Source: Acutalibacteraceae bacterium (GTDB lineage: Bacteria > Bacillota > Clostridia > Oscillospirales > Acutalibacteraceae). Taken from it: 64,000 nt of DNA. A program made the position numbers and the translations under genes. Where the stretch lies: assembly GCA_045533655.1 (NCBI GenBank), contig JAZSIE010000002.1, forward strand, positions 35,069 through 99,068, read 5' to 3'. The notes beneath the pieces are model-generated. The model was not told where the DNA came from. It searched no databases and saw only the letters and a list, made by a program, of their open reading frames with translations. Shown here piece by piece: positions 52,431 through 62,479 of the stretch; position 1 is the first letter of the stretch, and every line of letters starts with the position of its first letter.

Positions 52431-54341
52431 ATGAACGGCAAACAGTTTTTACCTACAACTAAAAAAGAAATGGAAGAACGCGGTTGGTTTCAGCCGGACT
52501 TTGTTTACGTTTCGGGTGACGCTTATGTTGACCACCCGTCTTTTGGTGCATCTATAATTACAAGAGTTCTTGAAGATATGGGCTTTAATATTGCGTTTCT
52601 TTCTCAACCTGATTTTCATTCAGTTAATGATTTTAAACGCTTCGGTGAACCAAGGCTCGGTTTTTTAGTTTCTGCCGGTAATATTGACTCTATGGTGGCA
52701 CACTATACGGTTGCTAAAAGAAAAAGAAACTACGACTATTATTCACCCGGTGGCAAAATGGGTTTAAGACCTGACAGAGCTACAATTGTCTATTCTAAAA
52801 AAATCCGTGAAGCATACCCTGATACACCAATTATTTTAGGTGGACTCGAAGCATCTTTAAGACGTTTTGGTCATTACGATTATTGGGATGACACAGTAAT
52901 GAAAAGCGTTCTTGTTGATTCTAAAGCAGATATTTTAACTTATGGTATGGGCGAAAATATCTTAAGAAGAATTGCAGAACTTTTAAATAAAGGTGTTCCT
53001 GTAAATAAAATTCGTGACGTTCGTGGTACTGTCTGGCTTGGTAACAGAGACGACAAAGTTCATTTTGAAATCGGCGGTAGTTGGGATTTTAATGATATAA
53101 AAAATGACAAACGTGAATACGCTAAAACGTTTGCTTTACAATACAAAAATCAGGATAGTATATCTGGCAAAGCGTTGGTTGAGTATTACGATGACAAAAT
53201 GCTTGTACAAAATCCACCAATGGCACCACTCACCCGTGAAGAATTAGATGAAGTGTATGCTTTACCTTATATGAGAGATTATCATTTTTCGTATAAAGAT
53301 AAGGGTGGCGTACCAGCTATTGAAGAAGTGAAATTCTCACTTACTCACAATCGTGGGTGCTTCGGTGGTTGCAACTTCTGTGCACTTGCTTTCCATCAGG
53401 GCAGAAGTGTACGTTCAAGAAGTATCGAAAGTGTAGTTGAAGAAGCAAAACTTTTAACTACAATGGAAGATTTCAAAGGCTACATAAATGACGTTGGCGG
53501 ACCTACTGCGAATTTCAGAGAGCCAGCGTGCGACAAACAGTTAAAAAGTGGCGTGTGTGCTGAAAGAAAATGTTTAGCACCTACACCTTGTAAAAATTTA
53601 AAAGCAGACCACAGTGAATATATTGAACTTCTTTCAGAAATAGAGCGTTTACCTAAAGTGAAGAAGGTATTTATCCGTTCTGGTATAAGATTTGACTATC
53701 TTTTAGCCGACAAATCGCCATCCGGGAATGCATTCTTTAAAAAACTTGTTAAAGACCACGTTAGCGGTCAGTTGAAAGTTGCACCAGAGCATTGTTCAGA
53801 AAGTGTGTTGAAACTTATGGGGAAACCAGAGTTTTCAGTTTATGAAAAATTCAGAAACCGCTATTTTGAACTTACAAAAAGTTTTAATAAAGAACAGTAT
53901 TTAGTTCCTTATTTAATGTCGAGTCATCCGGGTAGTAAATTACAGGATGCAATTAAACTTTCTGAATTCATAAGAAAGTGGAATTATAATCCCGAACAGG
54001 TGCAGGATTTTTACCCGACGCCTGGTACTGCTTCGACCGTTATGTTTTATACGGGACTTGACCCGTTTACTTTAAACGAAGTTTACGTGCCACGTTCACC
54101 TGAAGAAAAGAGAATGCAACGGGCACTTCTTCAGTGCAAAGACCCTAAAAATGCAGATTTAGTAAGAAAAGCACTAAAAATTGCACATCGTGAAGATTTA
54201 ATAGGTAACTCTAAAAACTGCCTTGTTGCACCATCTTATAAAGATAGGGTAGAGAAAGCAAAACAAAATAATAAAAGAAACAATATAAAACAAGGTAATA
54301 AAAACAGAAACACACGAAATACTAAAGGAAAGAGAAGATAA
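52431..54341 (+). CDS. ygiQ: YgiQ family radical SAM protein (UPF0313)
   Basis: 636 aa. N-terminus FLPTTKKEMEERGW...DFVYVSGDAYVDHPSFG; radical-SAM CFGGCNFC; basic C-terminal tail. Confidence 0.88.
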   Translation: MNGKQFLPTTKKEMEERGWFQPDFVYVSGDAYVDHPSFGASIITRVLEDMGFNIAFLSQPDFHSVNDFKRFGEPRLGFLVSAGNIDSMVAHYTVAKRKRNYDYYSPGGKMGLRPDRATIVYSKKIREAYPDTPIILGGLEASLRRFGHYDYWDDTVMKSVLVDSKADILTYGMGENILRRIAELLNKGVPVNKIRDVRGTVWLGNRDDKVHFEIGGSWDFNDIKNDKREYAKTFALQYKNQDSISGKALVEYYDDKMLVQNPPMAPLTREELDEVYALPYMRDYHFSYKDKGGVPAIEEVKFSLTHNRGCFGGCNFCALAFHQGRSVRSRSIESVVEEAKLLTTMEDFKGYINDVGGPTANFREPACDKQLKSGVCAERKCLAPTPCKNLKADHSEYIELLSEIERLPKVKKVFIRSGIRFDYLLADKSPSGNAFFKKLVKDHVSGQLKVAPEHCSESVLKLMGKPEFSVYEKFRNRYFELTKSFNKEQYLVPYLMSSHPGSKLQDAIKLSEFIRKWNYNPEQVQDFYPTPGTASTVMFYTGLDPFTLNEVYVPRSPEEKRMQRALLQCKDPKNADLVRKALKIAHREDLIGNSKNCLVAPSYKDRVEKAKQNNKRNNIKQGNKNRNTRNTKGKRR

Positions 54342-54345
54342 TTTT

Positions 54346-55452
54346 ATGATACTCGAAAAATTAGTTCAGTTTTCAAATTTTTATGGTAGTAACGAAGAAC
54401 TCGTTTTAGCTGGCGGTGGTAACACTTCTGCAAAAGATGGCGATATTATGTATATCAAAGGTTCAGGAACGAGTCTTTCTACAATTACTAAAGATGGTTT
54501 TGTTAAAATGAACAGAGCAAAACTCAAAGAGATTTTTTCTAAAACATACCCTGATAACGATAAAGAAAGGGAAGCGTTGTTTTTAGAAGATTTATCAGAT
54601 GCAAGAGAAAAGGGTGAAGAAAGTAAACGCCCAAGTGTTGAAACTACACTTCACAGTCTTTTTGAATATACTTTTGTTTTGCATTTACACCCGGCGTTAG
54701 TTAATGGTCTTACTTGCTCACAGAATGGTAAAAAGAAAGCAGAAGAATTATTCGGTGACAGAATTATCTGGGTTGACGTTTGTAAACCTGGTTATATTCT
54801 TTCTAAAATCTGTTTTGATTTAATGGAAGAATATAAAGAAAAACAAGGAAAACCAGCCGATATTATATTACTCGAAAATCACGGTGTTTTTGTTGCTGGT
54901 AACACAGTAGAAGAATTAGGCGAAAAATTAGGTTTTGTTACAAGTAAAATCAGAAGTGAAATTGTAAGAGAACCAGATTTATCATCTGGCGAATTTGATG
55001 GTGACAAGAGTATGAGCACGTTTAATATTTTAAACGAAACGTTTTCTGATGATTGTGTTATAAGTTATGACCCATCGGTTGAATCATTGAAGGTTGCCAA
55101 AAGTGAAGAAACGCTTAAAAAGATTTATAAACCGTTTAACCCTGACCAGATAGTTTACTGCAAACCTTATCCGCTTTATATAGAAGATGAAAATACAATT
55201 TCTGAAAAAGTAAAAGAGTATAAAGAAAAGAACGGATTTTTACCAAAAATCATTTTAGTTAAAGATTGTGGTGCTTACGCTGTTGACGTAAGTGAAAAAG
55301 GTTCAGATAATGCTTCAATGCTCTTTAACGATGCTCTTAAAATAGCGTGTTACAGTGAAAGTTTCGGTGGTGGAAAACCAATGACAGATGAACTTACTGA
55401 TTTTATTGTAAATTGGGAAGCCGAAAGCTATAGGAGTAAGCAAGTCAAATAA
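54346..55452 (+). CDS. class II aldolase/adducin domain protein
   Basis: 368 aa. AGGGNTSAK...YIKGSG...LHLHP...LLENHGVFVAG pattern. Confidence 0.7.
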   Translation: MILEKLVQFSNFYGSNEELVLAGGGNTSAKDGDIMYIKGSGTSLSTITKDGFVKMNRAKLKEIFSKTYPDNDKEREALFLEDLSDAREKGEESKRPSVETTLHSLFEYTFVLHLHPALVNGLTCSQNGKKKAEELFGDRIIWVDVCKPGYILSKICFDLMEEYKEKQGKPADIILLENHGVFVAGNTVEELGEKLGFVTSKIRSEIVREPDLSSGEFDGDKSMSTFNILNETFSDDCVISYDPSVESLKVAKSEETLKKIYKPFNPDQIVYCKPYPLYIEDENTISEKVKEYKEKNGFLPKIILVKDCGAYAVDVSEKGSDNASMLFNDALKIACYSESFGGGKPMTDELTDFIVNWEAESYRSKQVK

Positions 55453-55591
55453 AATAAGTTTATTTGCACAAATTAAAAACGCTTTATTTGGGTAAAGTTC
55501 CAAAAATGAAAATTCAGTGTATTTATAATTGGAAAATATATTAAGTTATGATATAATTACAATATCAATTTTATGAATGGAGGTAGTTGTG

Positions 55592-57478
55592 ATGGCTGAG
55601 AAAACAAAAGACGGTTTAAAACTCGACTATAAAAAGACGATTTTAACTGGTTTCGGCTTCCTTGCTACATCAATTGCGTGGGCTATTTACGACCCATATA
55701 TTACAAAAATTCTTAATAAAATTCTTTCAGAAAGTTCAATGATTTCTGATTGGAGTAATGCTATTGCAAAGGCTATTCCGTGGATTGGCGATTTTGCTGC
55801 CGCACAAGGTGAAAGCACAGTTGCTTTAGGTGGTGGCTTTACTTTAGTACCACTCTTTATTGGTATTATTATGACGTTTGATAACATCTTTGGTGTCATT
55901 TTTCAACCAACCTTTGGTAAACTTTCAGATAACTGTCACTCAAAATTAGGTAAACGTCGTCCGTTTATTGTGACTTGTGCACCGATTTCTGCGGTGTTGT
56001 TTGCACTTATTCCGTTTGTTGCGTTGAATACAACTGGCGATTTAGCACTTCCACTTACAATGATTACAGTTATTTTGTTTGTATTTTCTATGTCTTTGTG
56101 GCGTGCACCTGTTGTAGCACTTATGCCAGACTTAACACCACCTTCACTTCGTTCAGAGGGTAATGCGGTTATTAACCTTATGGGTGGTTTAGGTTCTGCG
56201 GTTGGTATGATTGCGGGTACAATTGCTATTGCACTTTGTGCGGCATTTACAGGTTTAACAACAGCAGAAGTGAAAGCTAATGAGACAATTTCTTTCCCGT
56301 ATGTTTTCATTATTGGTTCGGTAATAATGATTTTGGGTATGCTTGTTCTTCTCTTCTTTGTTAAGGAAGAAGATACGAGTATCAAACTTAAATTAGACGC
56401 TAACCAGTATGCAGATGAAAAAGCAAAGAAAAAAGCGGAAAAAGAAGCAGCAAAAGCACAAAAAGCAGCCCTTAAAGCAACAAAGCTTACAAAAGGTGAA
56501 AGAAAAAGTCTTATCTTTATGCTTGGTTGTCTTTTCTTCCTTTTCTGTGCGGCAAATGCTATTACAACATTCTTCTCGCTCTTTGCACAAGAAATTCTTC
56601 ATATGATTACTTCTGAAGCAACTGCTATAATGCTTCTTTTTGCAGTTGCAGCAGCTGTTGGTGCTCTTCCTGCTGGTAAAGCTGGTAAGAAATTCGGCAG
56701 AAAGAAAACAATTCTTGCAGGTCTTGCAGTTTTCCTTGTTGCATTTATACTTTTCTTTGGTGTATTTGTTGGAATGCTTGGTAGCAAAAATGTTTCAATT
56801 AATGACTATGTTCAGATTAATAACGCTTATATAGCAATAGATGACCATATTAATGCCTATAATGCTGAAAAGAAAACAGAAGCAAAAGAACAAGGCATAG
56901 AATATGACGAGAAATCAGAACTTTCTATGGCAGGTTATGCTGAATATGTTCAGTCAAAAGGCACAGGTAAAACAACTGAAACCGATAAATATTATACTGA
57001 TTTTGAAACTTACCTTGAAGCAAATGCCGGTGAAGATATTTACGATATTATTGTTGAGGTAGCAGGTAATATTTTTGCTAATGACAGTGAAACTACATTT
57101 GCAAGTGCTATTTCAAATATTCAAAACACTGTTGATGATGTTACAAAGATACTCCGTGTTCTTATTTTCCCTGTTCTTATTCTTGCAGGTGCAGCTAATA
57201 TGTTTGTTACTGTTAATACACTTCCGCTCGTTCTTGATATTGGTGGTGTTGAAAAGGTTGGTACATTCACTGGTTACTACTATACAGCAACATTCTCTGC
57301 TCAAATTGCATCGCCAATTCTTTATGGCTTCGTAAGAATGTTCTCGGGTAGTTATATTTCACTCTTCTATTACAGCCCTGTGGCTTTTGCAATTGCGATT
57401 TTAATGCTTCTCTTCGTAAAACACGGTGAAGCAGTTCCAGATGAACTTGTAAAAAAAGCACAGGAAGAAAATGATTAA
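55592..57478 (+). CDS. MFS transporter (glycoside/cation symporter or SLC45-like) with large hydrophilic insertions
   Basis: ATG at 55592 after GGAGG. About 12 TM helices; GKLSDN...GKRRPF motif; Lys/Ala-rich central loop; a soluble insert of about 125 aa late in the protein. Confidence 0.8.
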   Translation: MAEKTKDGLKLDYKKTILTGFGFLATSIAWAIYDPYITKILNKILSESSMISDWSNAIAKAIPWIGDFAAAQGESTVALGGGFTLVPLFIGIIMTFDNIFGVIFQPTFGKLSDNCHSKLGKRRPFIVTCAPISAVLFALIPFVALNTTGDLALPLTMITVILFVFSMSLWRAPVVALMPDLTPPSLRSEGNAVINLMGGLGSAVGMIAGTIAIALCAAFTGLTTAEVKANETISFPYVFIIGSVIMILGMLVLLFFVKEEDTSIKLKLDANQYADEKAKKKAEKEAAKAQKAALKATKLTKGERKSLIFMLGCLFFLFCAANAITTFFSLFAQEILHMITSEATAIMLLFAVAAAVGALPAGKAGKKFGRKKTILAGLAVFLVAFILFFGVFVGMLGSKNVSINDYVQINNAYIAIDDHINAYNAEKKTEAKEQGIEYDEKSELSMAGYAEYVQSKGTGKTTETDKYYTDFETYLEANAGEDIYDIIVEVAGNIFANDSETTFASAISNIQNTVDDVTKILRVLIFPVLILAGAANMFVTVNTLPLVLDIGGVEKVGTFTGYYYTATFSAQIASPILYGFVRMFSGSYISLFYYSPVAFAIAILMLLFVKHGEAVPDELVKKAQEEND

Positions 57479-57489
57479 TTGAAAAATCT

Positions 57490-57534
57490 GCACCCCTTGA
57501 CATTTTATTGGAATGTCAAGGGGTGCGTTGTTTT
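57490..57534. terminator. Bidirectional terminator
   Basis: gcaccccttgacatt / aatgtcaaggggtgc 15-bp stem. Confidence 0.85.
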
Positions 57535-58252
57535 AAAATATACTTCCGTTGTATTTAATAAGGGTTTTGAAAATGAAACCAAAACAGATTAGAAAACCGA
57601 TTGATAAAACTAATTTTGAGAGAATTGCAATAACTTCGATAGAACTCCATAATTCTAATATTGTTGAAATCAGTAACGGTAAACTTAAAAACATAAACTC
57701 TTTACCAGTTTCGTGACAAAATCCTTTGAAATCTGTTACATTACGATAATGATATTTATGCAAAAGTTTGTAATGTCCTTTGTAAACGGCTAATCCCGCA
57801 AAGAATATACATAAAGTTATAAATAAATTGAAGACTATTAACCAAGGGTCTTCTATAAGGGTGTATTTATTTAATAACTCCATAATACCTTGAGAACTAT
57901 CTTTTAAAAGTGGTATTATCAGTGCAATAGCGACTACTATTGAAAGTATTGCGGTTGATTTTTTTGTTTTTTTACTTTTTTCAGTTTCAGTTATTGCAGA
58001 TATTATATTTTTTTCTGCAATTTCTTCGACTGTTTTGGTTTCAGCTTTTTCGCCTGCTAATAACTCATTTATTGTAATATTAAAAAATTTACTTAAAGCT
58101 TGTAAAGAATCAACATCGGGGAAACCTTTACCTGTTTCCCAACGGGAAATAGCTTTGTCAGAAACGTTTATTTTATCTGCTAAATCTTTCTGTGTCAGGT
58201 TTTGCTCTTTTCTTAATTCAGCGATAAACTCACCACATTTTTGAGCATTCAT
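57533..58252 (-). CDS. membrane-tethered XRE-family HTH regulator
   Basis: Start at MNAQKCGEFI after an AGGGAGTG RBS. HTH LTQKDLADKINVSDKAISRWETGK, followed by about 4 TM helices. Confidence 0.8.
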   Translation of the reverse strand: MNAQKCGEFIAELRKEQNLTQKDLADKINVSDKAISRWETGKGFPDVDSLQALSKFFNITINELLAGEKAETKTVEEIAEKNIISAITETEKSKKTKKSTAILSIVVAIALIIPLLKDSSQGIMELLNKYTLIEDPWLIVFNLFITLCIFFAGLAVYKGHYKLLHKYHYRNVTDFKGFCHETGKEFMFLSLPLLISTILELWSSIEVIAILSKLVLSIGFLICFGFIFKTLIKYNGSIF

Positions 58253-58321
58253 AAAATCACTCCCTTTAAAAAACATTTTATAATATTATAAAAAAATAAT
58301 CAACCTATGATTCGTAGAGTT

Positions 58322-58363
58322 AAAAAATACACCCACATTCATTTGAATGTGAGTGTTTTTTTT
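58322..58363 (-). terminator. Terminator downstream of the FN3-repeat protein gene
   Basis: acacccacattca / tgaatgtgagtgt stem with A and T runs on both sides. Confidence 0.7.
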
Positions 58364-58364
58364 A

Positions 58365-61300
58365 TTATGCATCCGGAATATCTAAATTACTGTCGCCAGT
58401 TGTTTCTTCCGGTTCAGTTGTTTCAGGTTCGCTTGTGTCAGGAACAGTTGTTTCTGGTTCAGTTGACTCTGGTGTAGTAGTTTCTTCACCTTGAGTTGTA
58501 TCTTCAACAGATGGTTTATCACTTGGCCAGATGATTGTTTTACCAACCATATTGTCAACACTTGGTCTGTCAGGAGCGTAGGTGTGAATTGTGTAGGTGT
58601 ATTCTATTCCTTGTTCAATAGTGTTATCAGTAAACACTAACAACTCACAACTCAAGAAAACACCCATAAATTCCCATTCACCATCAGGACCAGCTTTTCT
58701 CATTACTTTGTAAAGAGCAGCATTTTCATTTGCTTCCCAAGCGAGTGTAACTATTTTTTCACCGTTACCAGTAGGGTCGTCAGAAAGTTGAGCGAATATA
58801 TCTTCTATTGGTTCAACAGGACCTTTAAGCATTGCTTCAGTGCCCTTGTCATCAAATAAACTGTCACGGTCAGCAGAGATACCTTTAACGCTGTAATAAT
58901 AAATAACGTCTGTTTCTATGGTGGTATCACTGTAACTTAAATTATCGTCTTTAGAAACCGTTGCTAAATAAACCCAATCAGTATCAGCAGTTTTACGATA
59001 TATATCGTATGTTTCAGCGGCGTTAACGCTATCCCATATAATTTCAATTCGGTCACCGAGTTCTGTATTAGCATAGTAAGGTGTGGCAAGAATTTCTACT
59101 GCAGGGATTGGTGGGAAATCCCACTTAACTTTTTCAGAAGAGCGACTTATAGAAAGTTTATTGTCTTTAATTGGTTTAACTGTATAAGTGTAGGTGTAAC
59201 CCTGAATAATAGTGTCGTCAATGTAACTTTGAGGTTGTGAAGCGGAAACAGTAGCTAAAAATGTGGCAGTTGCACCATTTTCAGAACGATAGATTTCGTA
59301 ACTTTCAGCATTAGAACCTTTCCAAGTAATTGTAACGTGTGCAGTACCCGCATCTTTATTTTCTTCAAATAAAACGTCGAGGCTATCGAGAGTTGTGTAG
59401 TTTGCAATACCATTAATCATATAGTTACTTTTAAGTTCGCCTAAATTTGCACGAACAGTGTAGAGATATGATGTTTTAGTAGCATTTTCTGATGAGTCAA
59501 TATACTCGGAATTTGCAGTTGTACCTATATTTTCCCACGAACCTGAAGGGGTACGTCTGAATACAGTGTAATTTTCAGCACCAGTAACTGCAGTCCAGAT
59601 GATTTTTACACCTGTTTCTGTGTTAATTGCATCAGTAAGAATTGGTGTAGCGAGAACTGTGAAAAGCTCAGTGGAAACGTAATTGCTTACGTAGTTTCCG
59701 TTTACTGCTTTAACAGCATAATAATATTTAGAACCACTCTGAGCAGTTTTGTCGTGATATGTTTTTTCAGTTACGCCTGTAGCTAAAACAGTCCAGTCGG
59801 AAGCATTCTCATCTTTTCTTAAAACTGAGTAAGTTGTCGCACCGTTAACACCATTCCACGTGAGTTTTACTGTGCTGCCAAGCTCTGTGGTGTATTCATT
59901 CTTTGCAGTTACAGTAGGTGCAGCAAGGAACATAGCTTTAAGACCCGGGGTTGAATAATAACTTTTGTATGAATCTATATAAGCACGGATTTTGTATTCG
60001 TAATTTTCACCGGATTTTTTAGTTTCGGTATCTTTATAAGCAAGAGTTTTTGGATTTGTGATTTTCTTAATACGCTTTAATTCGCCACCATCAACTCTTT
60101 TGTAAACGATATAACCATCAGCATTTGGTACTGCATTCCAGAAAACTTTGATATTACCACTCTTATAAACTTCAATTTTTTCTGGTTTTGGTGACTCAAT
60201 ATACATTGTAGTAAGCCCTTTTTTATCGTAAGTGCTTGAGTTTGTTTTTGAGACAGCCTTTATGCTATAAGAATATTTAACTCCATTTTTTACGGTTTTA
60301 TCAGTGTAAGAAGAACCCGTTGCATTAGCAATTTTCTTCCAGTTTTTATCGCCTTCTGGTTTGCGGTAAACTGAATATCTTTCGGTAAAGTTGTTAGAGT
60401 CTAACCAAGTTATTTTAATGCCATAGTTTACACTTTTGATATCCTTTAGAGTTGGAGCACTAAGACAGTTATAATCAACACCGGTTGAATTGTAACTACT
60501 GTAGAATTTACCGTGATATGCACGAACTGTGTAGGTGTAAGCCCAGTCAGGACTGGTAGCAGTTTTATCAGTGTAACTTAATGTGTCAGGGCTTTTGATT
60601 GTGGCAATTTTTTTGAAGGTAGAATCATTGAGTGAACCACCTTTTCTGTAAATATAATATCCTTGACAACCCTGTACTTTAGTCCATTTAATAACAGGGT
60701 AAACACTACTCTTGGTGCTTGGCTCTGCAAGTGTTGGTTGGGTAAGGCGTACTATTGTAAGACCTGGTTTTTCGCAAAGACTTGAATAAAGGTCATCAAA
60801 AGCTTTTACTGTATAGTAATACTGAACACCAACCTGAGCGGTTTTATCAGTGTAGGATGTGGTTCCTGCTTTAACATCAACAAGTTTTTTGAAACTTGTA
60901 CCTTCTGTTTTTCTGTAAATTCTGTATTTTACCGCTGTGCTAAGACCTGTCCATTTAATTTTTACACCGCTTTCGGTGTTTTTGATGCTTGTTAAAGATA
61001 CTGTTTCTTTACCAAGACGATTGATTTTTATGGTAAATTTACAAATAGTGGATTTGTCAATAATCTGGTCTTCACCATCAGTAATGGAAGTGTAACATCT
61101 TCCGTAATACGTGCCACTCGGGTTTGATTTGAATGACCAACCGAGTTCTAATGGAACAGAACCTTTATCAGCCGGATAGTCACGGGTGTAGCTTGATACG
61201 ATATTATCCGGATTGTAATCATTTGATGAGTAAATTTCAATATTGAAGTAAGAATTCTCTTTACCTGTACTGAAAATCATAAAGTAAAGTTTGGTAGAGT

Positions 61301-61484
61301 TACCATAGAAAGTGTAAGAATTTTTCTGTGCTGAAAGATTGCCGTCGGTAGGAATTATGTACCCATAAGAACCACCGCGTTCTTCTTCAGTAGTAGCGGC
61401 TGAAGCTGTTATTGCAAATGAAGCAATAGCAATTATCAGAACGAAAAGTAATGGAATTACTCTTTTTAATATAGAGCGTTTCAT
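58365..61484 (-). CDS. secreted protein: N-terminal domain, 9 FN3-like repeats and an acidic Thr/Glu/Pro tail
   Basis: Start at MKRSILKRVIPLL after GGAGG. Signal peptide ...AITASAAT. Nine Y.[IV]YR-type repeats related to those in 48271..49906. C-terminal EETTTPESTEPETTVPDTSEPETTEPEETTGD. Confidence 0.88.
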   Translation of the reverse strand: MKRSILKRVIPLLFVLIIAIASFAITASAATTEEERGGSYGYIIPTDGNLSAQKNSYTFYGNSTKLYFMIFSTGKENSYFNIEIYSSNDYNPDNIVSSYTRDYPADKGSVPLELGWSFKSNPSGTYYGRCYTSITDGEDQIIDKSTICKFTIKINRLGKETVSLTSIKNTESGVKIKWTGLSTAVKYRIYRKTEGTSFKKLVDVKAGTTSYTDKTAQVGVQYYYTVKAFDDLYSSLCEKPGLTIVRLTQPTLAEPSTKSSVYPVIKWTKVQGCQGYYIYRKGGSLNDSTFKKIATIKSPDTLSYTDKTATSPDWAYTYTVRAYHGKFYSSYNSTGVDYNCLSAPTLKDIKSVNYGIKITWLDSNNFTERYSVYRKPEGDKNWKKIANATGSSYTDKTVKNGVKYSYSIKAVSKTNSSTYDKKGLTTMYIESPKPEKIEVYKSGNIKVFWNAVPNADGYIVYKRVDGGELKRIKKITNPKTLAYKDTETKKSGENYEYKIRAYIDSYKSYYSTPGLKAMFLAAPTVTAKNEYTTELGSTVKLTWNGVNGATTYSVLRKDENASDWTVLATGVTEKTYHDKTAQSGSKYYYAVKAVNGNYVSNYVSTELFTVLATPILTDAINTETGVKIIWTAVTGAENYTVFRRTPSGSWENIGTTANSEYIDSSENATKTSYLYTVRANLGELKSNYMINGIANYTTLDSLDVLFEENKDAGTAHVTITWKGSNAESYEIYRSENGATATFLATVSASQPQSYIDDTIIQGYTYTYTVKPIKDNKLSISRSSEKVKWDFPPIPAVEILATPYYANTELGDRIEIIWDSVNAAETYDIYRKTADTDWVYLATVSKDDNLSYSDTTIETDVIYYYSVKGISADRDSLFDDKGTEAMLKGPVEPIEDIFAQLSDDPTGNGEKIVTLAWEANENAALYKVMRKAGPDGEWEFMGVFLSCELLVFTDNTIEQGIEYTYTIHTYAPDRPSVDNMVGKTIIWPSDKPSVEDTTQGEETTTPESTEPETTVPDTSEPETTEPEETTGDSNLDIPDA

Positions 61485-61540
61485 AAATAACCTCCTGAAA
61501 CTAAATACAATAATATACATAAACTTGACAATACACACGA

Positions 61541-61569
61541 ATTATATCATAAGAGTACATATATTTCAA
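61541..61569 (-). promoter_or_regulatory. Candidate promoter of the FN3-repeat protein gene
   Basis: On the minus strand: TTGAAA, 17-nt spacer, TATAAT. Confidence 0.45.
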
Positions 61570-61693
61570 GTTTTTTTGGTAATTTAAAAAGATTTAACAA
61601 ACTTGTAAAATTTTACTTTGATTTTATTCATTTTTTGGAGAAATTTACATTGTGCAGACAAGTAGTTTTATAGTCACCCTTACCAAAAAAAAG

Positions 61694-61712
61694 ACAATAT
61701 TTTCTATATTGT
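61694..61712. promoter_or_regulatory. Inverted repeat, candidate TetR operator
   Basis: ACAATAT-tttct-ATATTGT, about 25 bp upstream of the -35 of the tetR-family gene. Confidence 0.35.
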
Positions 61713-61736
61713 AAATTCGCTTATGTTGTTGCTTTT

Positions 61737-61765
61737 TTGCATAAAAAATGTTAAAATTCTATAAT
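61737..61765 (+). promoter_or_regulatory. Candidate promoter of the TetR-family gene
   Basis: TTGCAT, 17-nt spacer, TATAAT. Confidence 0.5.
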
Positions 61766-61807
61766 AGTGTTGCTATGCATATACCCAAGGTGACAAAGGA
61801 GTTAAAA

Positions 61808-62464
61808 ATGAATTCAGAAGAATTACAATTCCACAAAGAAGCCTTTGATAAAATTCCGGAAGAAAAAAGAAAACGCGTCTTAGATGCCGCAACAACGGAG
61901 TTTGCTCAATATGGTTTTGAAAATACGTCTATTCAGCAAATAGCAAAAAAAGCTGAAATAAGCGTCGGGTCGGTTTATAAATATTTTGAAAATAAAGAAG
62001 AACTTTTTGCAATGGTTGTTAAAGAAAACCTTGCTTTGTTGGAAGAATTGTTGCTTTTGCATTCTTCTTCTGATGAAGATATTATGGTAAAGGCAGAAGG
62101 TGTTTTAAAAGAGCTTCTGAAGTTTTCAAGAAAACATCCTGAACGTATAAAACTTTATAATGCAATTACAACTGGCAGTAACGTTGAATTTTCAAGAATG
62201 TTAGCAGAAAGAGTTGAGTCAATATCTGCTAAAATTTATACTGAAGTTATTAAAAAAGCGCAAAAGACAGGGGACGTCAGAAGTGATATTGACCCACGGG
62301 TTTTCGCATTTTTGCTTGATAATATTTTTACAATGCTTCAGTTTTCGATATCTTGTGATTATTATAAAGAGCGTCTCAAGGTTTATATTGGTGAAGATGA
62401 AGAAAATCAAGACGATTTATTGATAAAACAGTCTTTAAAATTTATAAAAGCGGCATTCAAATAG
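61808..62464 (+). CDS. TetR/AcrR family transcriptional regulator
   Basis: Start at MNSEELQF after AAGGAG. HTH FAQYGFENTSIQQIAKKAEISVGSVYKYF. Confidence 0.88.
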   Translation: MNSEELQFHKEAFDKIPEEKRKRVLDAATTEFAQYGFENTSIQQIAKKAEISVGSVYKYFENKEELFAMVVKENLALLEELLLLHSSSDEDIMVKAEGVLKELLKFSRKHPERIKLYNAITTGSNVEFSRMLAERVESISAKIYTEVIKKAQKTGDVRSDIDPRVFAFLLDNIFTMLQFSISCDYYKERLKVYIGEDEENQDDLLIKQSLKFIKAAFK

Positions 62465-62479
62465 AAAGAAGGATAAAAA

